Assembly (NCBI GenBank): GCA_002411015.1
Contig: DHPY01000042.1
Span: forward strand, 11,103-75,102
DNA: 64,000 nucleotides
Source of the DNA: Armatimonadetes bacterium UBA5352
Lineage (GTDB): Bacteria; Armatimonadota; Zipacnadia; Zipacnadales; UBA5352
Reading direction: 5' to 3'
How positions within the stretch are numbered: the stretch's first letter is position 1; each line of letters starts with the position of its first letter. Of this stretch, positions 28,211 through 36,019 are shown piece by piece. The notes beneath the pieces are model-generated. The model was not told where the DNA came from, did not search any database, and saw nothing but the letters and a program-made list of their open reading frames with translations. Made by a program: the position numbers and the translations under genes.

Positions 28211-28236
28211 GGGGCCCGATCTGTCAACCGGGCCCC
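28211..28236 (-). terminator. GC-rich stem-loop downstream of the prepilin-like gene 28265..28957
   Basis: ggggcccg-atctgtcaac-cgggcccc. The same GGGGCCCGATCTG arm is reused after 30406..31101. Confidence 0.4.
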
Positions 28237-28264
28237 ACGCTCTTGATCCCGACTGAGTACCGAC

Positions 28265-28957
28265 TCAGTACTTGGGATCGCCGGCTGCGTACCAGCAGAG
28301 GTCCTGGGGCGTGAAGGTGTACTTGACCGGGCCGACGTACGGGCTGTTGGGGTCGAGCTTGATCGTGTGCCACTTCGCGTGCCCATCGACGAAGGCTATG
28401 TTCGCACCCTCGTTGTGGCGAGCCGGGATGAAGTAGCTGGGATGTCTCGAGTCGTTGATGCGCCAGCAGTTCGAGGTCTTGTAGTCGGTGAGACTGCGGG
28501 TCCAATCGGAGTCGGCGATCAGAACGGTCTCAGCCGGGTACTTGACCTCGGACATGTTGTAGCTGCTACCTGAGCTGACGGTGATGTTCCGCGCAATGCG
28601 CATGTTGATCCCGTAGTCGGTGCCCCCGCCGGAGGCATAGGCCTGGCCGCCTGAGTTCGGGCAATGGAAGATCTGGCGGCTGCCCGTGTACGGAGCGAGG
28701 GCGCCGGTGGTGCCGTACCAGATCGTGTAGTTCTTCCCGTTCGACCACTGGATGTAGCTGGGGACAATCATGTCATCGTAGTCCTGGGAGTACATAACCG
28801 ACGCGAGCCCCATCTGTTTGACGTTACTAAGACAACTCGTCTGCCGCGCCTTCTCCCGCGCGCGAGCGAACACCGGGAAGAGGATTGCGGCCAGGATCGC
28901 GATAATCGCGATCACAACCAGCAGTTCGATCAGCGTGAAACCTCTACGCATGCGCAT
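28265..28957 (-). CDS. prepilin-type N-terminal cleavage/methylation domain protein (H-X9-DG family)
   Basis: [56 protein letters not shown]. Close paralog of 30406..31101. Confidence 0.85.
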   Translation of the reverse strand: MRMRRGFTLIELLVVIAIIAILAAILFPVFARAREKARQTSCLSNVKQMGLASVMYSQDYDDMIVPSYIQWSNGKNYTIWYGTTGALAPYTGSRQIFHCPNSGGQAYASGGGTDYGINMRIARNITVSSGSSYNMSEVKYPAETVLIADSDWTRSLTDYKTSNCWRINDSRHPSYFIPARHNEGANIAFVDGHAKWHTIKLDPNSPYVGPVKYTFTPQDLCWYAAGDPKY

Positions 28958-29073
28958 CTGCTGACCTTCTTTGCATGACGGTGTACGAGCATTGAGGTAC
29001 GGCAGGGTCGTACTCAGCGACGCACGTCGAACCGCAGGCATCTCCTCCTGTCATCCACGGCTATCCTGTGGCG

Positions 29074-30171
29074 CTATCCGTCATGCGGCTTTGGATCGAC
29101 CGGGCCGTCGCCATCCTGTGGGAACCGAGGGAGCGTGCCAGTTGACTCTCGGGCGATAAGCCGTCCGGGCAACAGGCGGTACTCTTCAGAGGCCGTGTCC
29201 GGGACATTGATCAGGGAGAGGAGGCTGCCGACGGCTGCTGCACCGACAGCGTCAACCGGCTGCTCAATGGTCGTAAGGGGCGGGTAGCTGCAACTACTCT
29301 CGGGAAGCCCGTCGAAGCCGAACACGGCCACGTCTTCGGGCACCTTCACGCCCGCGGACTGCACGGTGTGCATGAAGGAGATGGCGACGTCATCGCTGTA
29401 GCAGATGATTGCGGACGGGGGATGGTCGTCCTCAAGGTACCTGTGCGCGCCGAGGCGGCCGGTCTCGAAGCCGAGATCTCGCGAGTGCTCGCGCGCCGGC
29501 GGAGCATCGGCCGGAAAGGGATGGAATGTGACGAGTGTGACGTGGGGGCACTCCGAGACGGCGGCTTCGATGCCGGCCATGCGCAGCACATCGGGCTGAG
29601 TGACCTGGCCGGGCTGCAGGTAGCCGATCTTCGTGTGCCCCGCGCCGATGGCGGCCCGGGTAAGCTCGTAGAACGCGCCGAGGCGGTCAACGCCGGCACC
29701 GGGAAGGCCGTCACCGGCGTCGAAGCTGACGGTGGGGATGCCGGCGCCGGTAAGTCCCCGCGCGATCTCGGTGGTTGGCACGGGGTATGTCGGGCCGAGG
29801 AGCACGGCTCCGGCCGCGCTGTTGCTGGCGAGGATGCTGTGGGCCTGTGTCCAGCCATCGGGCGACCAGTCCGCCGCCCACACGAGTGGCTGATAGCCTC
29901 CCTTGAGGAGAGCCCTCGTGGTGGCCTCGAGGCGCCGCAGGGAGATGCTGTAGAAGAAGGTATCGGCGAGGACACCGACGAGGTCCGTCCTGCTACTCGC
30001 GAGGCGGCGCGCCGCCACGTTTGGGTAGTAGCCGAGTCTCTCCGCGGTTTCGCGGATGCGCTGCGCGGTGGCCTCACTGATGCGGCTCGCACCAGGCGAG
30101 TCGCTCAGCACGAGGGAAGCTGCGGTGATCGACACGCCGACCGATTGGGCTACATCGCTGAGCGTTGCCAC
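29074..30171 (-). CDS. LacI-family transcriptional regulator
   Basis: HTH VATLSDVAQSVGVSITAASLVLS followed by a periplasmic-binding-protein-like sugar-binding core. Probable GTG start at 30171; the ORF-track TTG at 30213 adds 14 non-conserved residues. Confidence 0.8.
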   Translation of the reverse strand: MATLSDVAQSVGVSITAASLVLSDSPGASRISEATAQRIRETAERLGYYPNVAARRLASSRTDLVGVLADTFFYSISLRRLEATTRALLKGGYQPLVWAADWSPDGWTQAHSILASNSAAGAVLLGPTYPVPTTEIARGLTGAGIPTVSFDAGDGLPGAGVDRLGAFYELTRAAIGAGHTKIGYLQPGQVTQPDVLRMAGIEAAVSECPHVTLVTFHPFPADAPPAREHSRDLGFETGRLGAHRYLEDDHPPSAIICYSDDVAISFMHTVQSAGVKVPEDVAVFGFDGLPESSCSYPPLTTIEQPVDAVGAAAVGSLLSLINVPDTASEEYRLLPGRLIARESTGTLPRFPQDGDGPVDPKPHDG

Positions 30172-30229
30172 CGGCTCACCCCGACTGCAGTCGCACCGCC
30201 ACGCGGGACGCAACTCTCGCTGTTACCGC

Positions 30230-30258
30230 AGTTTAGCGCTTAACGTGGCCTAAGTCAA
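30230..30258 (-). promoter_or_regulatory. candidate sigma70-type promoter (minus strand: -35 TTGACT, 17-nt spacer, -10 TAAACT) overlapped by two AGCG(C/T)TTAAC repeats; possible LacI autoregulatory operator
   Basis: Read on the minus strand: TTGACT-taggccacgttaagcgc-TAAACT, about 55 nt upstream of the LacI start. Lies in the only AT-richer patch of this intergenic region. Confidence 0.35.
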
Positions 30259-30361
30259 GCGTTTAACCTATAGACTTCGAAGGACACGAGACAATCTGAG
30301 GTCTACTTTGACGGCTGTGAACGAGGTAAGAGCAGGGGGCGCCTGAGGGCGAGGCACGGAA

Positions 30362-30388
30362 GGGGCCCGATCTGATCGATCGGGCCCC
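30362..30388 (-). terminator. GC-rich stem-loop downstream of the prepilin-like gene 30406..31101
   Basis: ggggcccgatc-tgatc-gatcgggcccc, a perfect inverted repeat beginning 18 nt after the stop. Confidence 0.4.
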
Positions 30389-30405
30389 GCAGTGCGGCAG
30401 TCCGC

Positions 30406-31101
30406 CTAGTACTTCGGAGCACCGGTGACCAGCCAGCAGATATCGGTGATCGGCAGGGTGTACTTGATCGGGCCCACATAGGTGCTGTTGGGGTCGAGTT
30501 GGACCGTATGGAACTTGGCGTGACCGTCAACGAAGGCCATGTTGGCGCCTCCGTTATGGCGCGCGGGAACGAATCGGCTCGGGTGGTGCGTGTCCTGGAG
30601 CCACCAGGCATTGCTGCCCGTGTAGTCAACAGTGCTCCGGGTCCAGTCGGAGTCGGCGATGATCACCGTCTCAGCCGGGTACTTGATATCGGACAGAATG
30701 ACAGAGGAGGTCGAGGTAACAAGTGTCAGTCTCTGGCAGATTCGGTAGTTGGCCCCGTAGTCGGTCCCTCCGCGGGAGGAGTAGGCGGGCGAGCTTGAGC
30801 TCGGGCAGAGGTAGATCTGCTGGTTGTTCGAGTAGGGAGCGAGGAGGCCCTGCGTGCCGTACCAGAGAGTGTAGCCGACACCGTCTGAGTGGCGGATATA
30901 CGCCGGTACCGGTCGTTCGTCATAGTCTTGGAGGTACATGGCCGCGCCAAGTCCCAACTGCTTGACATTGCTCAGACAGCTTGTCTGCTTCGCCTTCTCC
31001 CGCGCGCGCGCAAAGACCGGGAAGAGGATCGCTGCGAGGATCGCAATGATCGCGATCACAACCAGCAGTTCGATCAGCGTGAACCCTGTGCGACGCATCA
31101 T
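30406..31101 (-). CDS. prepilin-type N-terminal cleavage/methylation domain protein (H-X9-DG family)
   Basis: [62 protein letters not shown] 6 nt upstream of the ATG pair at 31101. Confidence 0.85.
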   Translation of the reverse strand: MMRRTGFTLIELLVVIAIIAILAAILFPVFARAREKAKQTSCLSNVKQLGLGAAMYLQDYDERPVPAYIRHSDGVGYTLWYGTQGLLAPYSNNQQIYLCPSSSSPAYSSRGGTDYGANYRICQRLTLVTSTSSVILSDIKYPAETVIIADSDWTRSTVDYTGSNAWWLQDTHHPSRFVPARHNGGANMAFVDGHAKFHTVQLDPNSTYVGPIKYTLPITDICWLVTGAPKY

Positions 31102-31404
31102 CACCGTCTCCCTTCGCATCTCATGAAGCGGGCGCTCTAGTGCAGGAAGAACACTTGCTCCACACTGGCACAGATTCCTTCACTGAAGAGAAACAACAAC
31201 TCCACCGGGCCAACAGGCCATTGATCGCGTGGGGTATCGCTCCTTTGTAGTCTGGTCCTTTGCAGGGCTGAAGTCAAGTGGGCGGTTCGAAAGGCCGAAC
31301 GCTGCGAGAGCCGCCCCGCCGCGCAGGTCTTTGCGGCGGGAACGACGAAGCTCTGCCGCGCCATAGGTAACGATCGCTCACCCGGCAGCCTGGAAGTGAG
31401 AAGT

Positions 31405-32382
31405 ATGTACGTGATCACAGTAGACGATGCGCGCGCGCTGACATGGACAGAGGTCCCCGAGCCGGCACCCGCAGAGGACCAGGTTGTCATTGATGTCCGC
31501 GCCACCGCGGTGAACCGGGCGGACCTGATGCAGCGCGCGGGCGACTACCCGCCTCCACCTGGCTGGCCGGAGTGGATGGGGCTCGAGGCTGCCGGTGTGA
31601 TCAGCCACGCTCCGTCGGGTAGCCGCTGGCGCATCGGCGACAGAGTGTGCGCGCTTCTCGGCGGCGGTGGCTATGCGGAGAGGGTCGCGGTGCCCTCGGG
31701 CATGGTCCTGCCGGTCCCTCGGGGCCTCACGATGGAGGAGGCCGCGGCCATCCCCGAGGCGTTCGCCACCTCGTACCTGAACCTGTGCATCGAGGGTGGC
31801 CTGAGGGCCGGCGATACCGTCCTCATCCAGGCCGGGGCAAGCGGCGTCGGCATGGCGGCGATCCAACTGGTGAAGGCGCTCGGCGGGATGGTGATGACGA
31901 CCGTCAGCACCGACGAGAAGGCTCAGTTCGTGCGCGGCCTCGGCGCCGACTACGTCATCAACCGCACAACAGACGATCTCGCGGCAGCCATGGAGGAGCA
32001 CCCGGTGGATCTCGCGCTCGACTGCATCGCCGGGCCCGACCTCGGGCGCCTGATCGAGCGGATGGCCGTCGACGGGTGCTGGATCGTGATCGCGACGCTC
32101 GGTGGCTCGCAGACCGAACTTGATGTCAACCAGTTCTTCCGCCGCGGCGTCCGCCTCATCGGCAGCACTCTGCGCAGCCGCACGCCCGAGATGAAGGCCG
32201 AGATACTCACGGGGCTCGAGAAGACGCTCTGGGAAGCCTTCGAGGCGCGCAGGGTCAGGCCGGTGATCCACGAGACGCTCCCGATCACCGAGGCCGAGGC
32301 CGCCCACGAGATCCTCCAGCGGCGCGAGAACCTCGGGAAGGTCGTGCTGACCATCCCACAGCGCAATCCCCCACGGACGTGA
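31405..32382 (+). CDS. MDR-superfamily NADPH:quinone oxidoreductase / zinc-type alcohol dehydrogenase-like protein
   Basis: GroES-like N-terminus and Rossmann GASGVGMAAIQLVKALG. C-terminal ..LGKVVL typical of Qor-like enzymes. Confidence 0.8.
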   Translation: MYVITVDDARALTWTEVPEPAPAEDQVVIDVRATAVNRADLMQRAGDYPPPPGWPEWMGLEAAGVISHAPSGSRWRIGDRVCALLGGGGYAERVAVPSGMVLPVPRGLTMEEAAAIPEAFATSYLNLCIEGGLRAGDTVLIQAGASGVGMAAIQLVKALGGMVMTTVSTDEKAQFVRGLGADYVINRTTDDLAAAMEEHPVDLALDCIAGPDLGRLIERMAVDGCWIVIATLGGSQTELDVNQFFRRGVRLIGSTLRSRTPEMKAEILTGLEKTLWEAFEARRVRPVIHETLPITEAEAAHEILQRRENLGKVVLTIPQRNPPRT

Positions 32383-32392
32383 GGAGCCTACC

Positions 32393-33133
32393 ATGAGACT
32401 CGCCAATCGAGTGGCAATCATCAGCGGCGGGGCATCGGGCATCGGCCTCGCAGCCGCGCGGCGGTTCGTTGCGCACGGCGCCCGTGTCGTGCTGGCCGAT
32501 GTCGACGCTGACGCGGCGTACGCCGCGGCCGCACAACTCTCTGCGGAGGGGGCCGAGGCGATCGGCGTCGAGGTTGATGTGCGCTGCTACAACCAGGTTA
32601 AGGCCGCGGTTGCGCTGGCGGCGGAGCGTTACGGGCGGGTGGACATCCTGCTCAACTCAGCAGGCGGGAACGCTGCCCGGGTGCTGGGGCGCTCCGGGCC
32701 CTTCCATGAGCTCGATATCGAGGTCATCGACTGGGGCCTCGACGTGAACCTCAAGGGCGCGGTGTACTTCTGTCACGCGGTGCTGGGCGCGATGATCGAG
32801 CAGCGGAGCGGGGTCGTCATCAACATGGGCTCCGTTGATGGCGTCACCGGGTGCGGCTCGCCGGACTACTCCTCGGCCAAGAGCGGGATGATCGGGCTGA
32901 CGAAGTCCATCGCGATCCTCGGCGCGCCCCATGGCGTGAGGTCCGTCTGCGTCTCGCCCGGACCGGTGCTGACGCGCCCGGCCATGGCGAAGATGAGGAC
33001 GCGCCTCGGGAGGGCGGCAGAGCCTGAGGAGATAGCGGAGCTGATCCTCTACCTGTGTTCCGACGACGCCGCCTTCATCACCGGCGCGAACTACGTGATC
33101 GACGGCGGGCGCAGCGTTGGGGGGCCATACTGA
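32393..33133 (+). CDS. SDR-family oxidoreductase (3-oxoacyl-ACP reductase / KduD-like)
   Basis: TGG.SGIG cofactor motif (IISGGASGIGLA), NSAG, catalytic YSSAK. GAGGAG 6 nt before the ATG. The stop overlaps the next start (TGATG). Confidence 0.85.
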   Translation: MRLANRVAIISGGASGIGLAAARRFVAHGARVVLADVDADAAYAAAAQLSAEGAEAIGVEVDVRCYNQVKAAVALAAERYGRVDILLNSAGGNAARVLGRSGPFHELDIEVIDWGLDVNLKGAVYFCHAVLGAMIEQRSGVVINMGSVDGVTGCGSPDYSSAKSGMIGLTKSIAILGAPHGVRSVCVSPGPVLTRPAMAKMRTRLGRAAEPEEIAELILYLCSDDAAFITGANYVIDGGRSVGGPY

Positions 33134-34293
33134 TGAGCAGGAGATGGCGTGTCGCGATCCTCAAGGACACCTCGAAGCCGATGCTGGGGCTGCACGGGCT
33201 CCACACGGCGTTCCGCGACCTCCCGGACGTTGAGGTGGTCGCGCACGTTGACGCCAATGCCGCTGATCTCGAGCGGAAGATGGCGTGGACGGGCGCCCGG
33301 CGCCACTACGCAACCCTCCCTGAGATGCTCGCAAGTGAGGCGCCCGACATCGTGGTGCTGTGCTCCAGGCACCCCGGCGATCACCTCGGCCAGATCGAGG
33401 CCGCCGCGGCCGCCGGCTGTCATATCTACTGCGAGAAGCCCCTCACCGCGAGTCTGCGGGAGGCGGACCGGATCGTCGCGCTCGCGGAGCAGGAGGGAAT
33501 TCGCATCTGCATGGCGCACCCGGGCCGCTACGCGCTGGTCTTCCGCACGATGAAGGCAATGCTGGAGGCTGGAGAGATCGGGCAGCCGCTGACGGTCTAC
33601 GGCCTGGGCAAGTGCGACCACAGGGGCGGCGGCGAGGACCTGATCGTCCTGGGCACGCACATCCTCGACCTGCAGACGTTCCTCCTCGGGGAGCCCGAGC
33701 ACGTCTACGCGGCGGTGACCGCGGGCGGGCGTCCGGTGAGCTGCGGCGACAGGACCGAGACCGTGGAGCCCATCGGCCCTGCGGCCGGCGACTCGATCTA
33801 CGCCTGCTTCGGCTTTCCCGGAGGCGTGCGCGGGGTCTTCGAGAGCAGACGGGGGCTGTATGACCGCGAGCGGGACGGGACGCTCATGGGGATCACGGTC
33901 TGCGGCACCGAGGGCGCGCTCTCCATGCGCTTCGATGACGCCGCCACCCGGACGCTGCGCATCAGCAGGAGTCGCGACCCGCTTCAGTACGGAGCGCGCT
34001 TCGAAGACGTTCCGCTAAGGGAGGACCGCGTCATCCCTGGTGCGGAGCCTCTCGACTACTCCCTGTGCGGACAGAAGGACATCCCGAGGGCGAGGTACTT
34101 TCTGGAGGCGAATCGTTTCGCTGCATGGGATCTGATGCGGGCGATTGAGAAGGATCGCCAGCCGCTGTCCAACGTGACCCACGCGCGGCTCGCGCTGGAG
34201 ATGATCTACGGGATCTACGCCGCCCATCTTGCGCGAGGGCTCGTCAGCTTCCCGTTGAGGCGCAGGGATCATCCGCTGGAAGAGTGCATGTGA
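33133..34293 (+). CDS. Gfo/Idh/MocA-family oxidoreductase
   Basis: N-terminal Rossmann region RVAILKD..VEVVAHVD and the consensus EKP motif (CEKPLTAS). ATG at 33133 overlaps the stop of the SDR gene, implying translational coupling. Confidence 0.8.
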   Translation: MSRRWRVAILKDTSKPMLGLHGLHTAFRDLPDVEVVAHVDANAADLERKMAWTGARRHYATLPEMLASEAPDIVVLCSRHPGDHLGQIEAAAAAGCHIYCEKPLTASLREADRIVALAEQEGIRICMAHPGRYALVFRTMKAMLEAGEIGQPLTVYGLGKCDHRGGGEDLIVLGTHILDLQTFLLGEPEHVYAAVTAGGRPVSCGDRTETVEPIGPAAGDSIYACFGFPGGVRGVFESRRGLYDRERDGTLMGITVCGTEGALSMRFDDAATRTLRISRSRDPLQYGARFEDVPLREDRVIPGAEPLDYSLCGQKDIPRARYFLEANRFAAWDLMRAIEKDRQPLSNVTHARLALEMIYGIYAAHLARGLVSFPLRRRDHPLEECM

Positions 34294-34345
34294 GAGGCTC
34301 CGTATGCCTCAGTGTGAGGCATACGGAGCCGTTACGGGGCAGCCA

Positions 34346-35596
34346 TCAGCGCCGGCCGGAGCCTTTGCGGCTGCCGGTTCTCCTGCGCCCTCCGCCGGAC
34401 GCGGCCGATCGCCGCGCACCGGTTGGCGCCATGGCAGGCGCGCCGACCGTGGCGATAGCGGGCACTGTAGCATCGGCGTCGAAGCCCTCGATTCTACGGA
34501 CTGCAATGCGCTCGCCGAGCGCGCGCTCGATGTCGCGAACCGCATTCCGGTCCTCGGGTGTCACGAGTGTGATGGCGTCGCCACTGCGCTCCGCACGCCC
34601 GGTGCGGCCAACGCGGTGGATGTAGTCATCCGCGCTGCCCGGGACATCGTAGTTGATTACATGCGAGATCGTGTCCACGTCCAGCCCCCGCGACGCGATG
34701 TCGGTCGCGACCATCAGCTCGACCTCGCCGGTGCGGAAGGCATCGAGTGCTTTGCGCCGCTGGTTCTGCGAGCGATTGGAGTGCAGCACGGCCGCGCCGC
34801 GCCCTGTGCGGCCGATCTGCTTCGCAAGCCGGTTCGCGCGGTGCTTGGTGCGCGTGAAGATCAGCACCGAGCCGGCGTCGGTGCTGTCGAGCAGCGCCAG
34901 GAGCATCTCGGTCTTGCGATCGGGCGCCACCGGGCAGAGGGCATGCTTCACCGTCTGTGCCGGCGCGGTGAGGCCGATCTCGATGCGCTCGGGGTCGCGG
35001 AGGATCTCGCGCGCGAAGCGATCAAGCTCCGGCGCGAAGGTCGCTGAGAAGAGCATGGTATGTCGGTCGCGCGGGGTCTGGGCGACGATCCGCCGCACGT
35101 CCGGCAGGAAGCCCATGTCGAGCATCCGGTCGCCCTCATCGAGGACCAGGGTCTGCACGTGGCTCAGATCGGCGGTGCCGCGCTGCACATGATCGAGCAG
35201 CCGTCCGGGGCAGGCCACGATGATCTCAGCGCCCGCGCGCAGTGCGCTCACCTGCGGGCCCATCCCGACGCCGCCGTAGACGGTGGCTGAGCGCAGGTTC
35301 GTGAAGCGGGCCAGGCGCGCGATCTCTTCGTTGATCTGCTCGGCCAGTTCCCGCGTGGGACTGACGATGAGCGCGCGCGTGCGCTTGTGCCCGCCGGGCG
35401 CGGTCAGCAGGCTCTGCAGCATCGGCAGCACGAACGCCGCCGTCTTGCCGGTGCCCGTTTGCGCCGTACCGATGATGTCTCGCCCCTCAAGCGCCGGTGG
35501 GATGGCCGCCTGCTGAACGGGGGTGGGTTCGGTGTAGCCGGCCGCCTGGACTGCTCTCTGCAGGCGGTCGTCGAGACTGATACGCTTGCGTGTCAT
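34346..35596 (-). CDS. DEAD-box ATP-dependent RNA helicase with basic Arg/Gly-rich C-terminal tail
   Basis: Q-motif, AQTGTGKT (motif I), VLDEGDRMLDMGF (motif II variant), SAT, HRVGRTGRAE. Start trimmed to MTRKRISL at 35596 with an AAGG-type RBS. Confidence 0.85.
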   Translation of the reverse strand: MTRKRISLDDRLQRAVQAAGYTEPTPVQQAAIPPALEGRDIIGTAQTGTGKTAAFVLPMLQSLLTAPGGHKRTRALIVSPTRELAEQINEEIARLARFTNLRSATVYGGVGMGPQVSALRAGAEIIVACPGRLLDHVQRGTADLSHVQTLVLDEGDRMLDMGFLPDVRRIVAQTPRDRHTMLFSATFAPELDRFAREILRDPERIEIGLTAPAQTVKHALCPVAPDRKTEMLLALLDSTDAGSVLIFTRTKHRANRLAKQIGRTGRGAAVLHSNRSQNQRRKALDAFRTGEVELMVATDIASRGLDVDTISHVINYDVPGSADDYIHRVGRTGRAERSGDAITLVTPEDRNAVRDIERALGERIAVRRIEGFDADATVPAIATVGAPAMAPTGARRSAASGGGRRRTGSRKGSGRR

Positions 35597-36019
35597 TGCG
35601 CAACCTTCTTCTCGCCAGCTATCGAAGGGATTGTCTCCGCTGTACCGGCGTAGCTGGTGGCGAATGCGGTGCATCGTCCGTACGTGTACATAGATATCAC
35701 GCATGCCGGGAGCGGAGTCGCACTCATCGAGGGGGTGTTCGACTGCCAGTCAGACCTGGGGAAGACGGCGCACGGAGTTCAGTGCGTGGTGGTGTACGTC
35801 CGAGCCAGAGCCAGAGCGTCAGTATGCCCGACAGGTGCCGCGGGGAACTTGTCTGTGTGTTCCCTCACTATCAGCATACCTGATTCCGCGGAAAGTGGCA
35901 ACGGGCCGGCGCAAGTGACGCGGTCACTGGAAGGACATAGGGCGCCTGCGGACAACATACCGCCGGTGAAGGCTGAGCCCGCACATCATTCAGGACATAT
36001 CACAGGGGGTCGATCCCTG

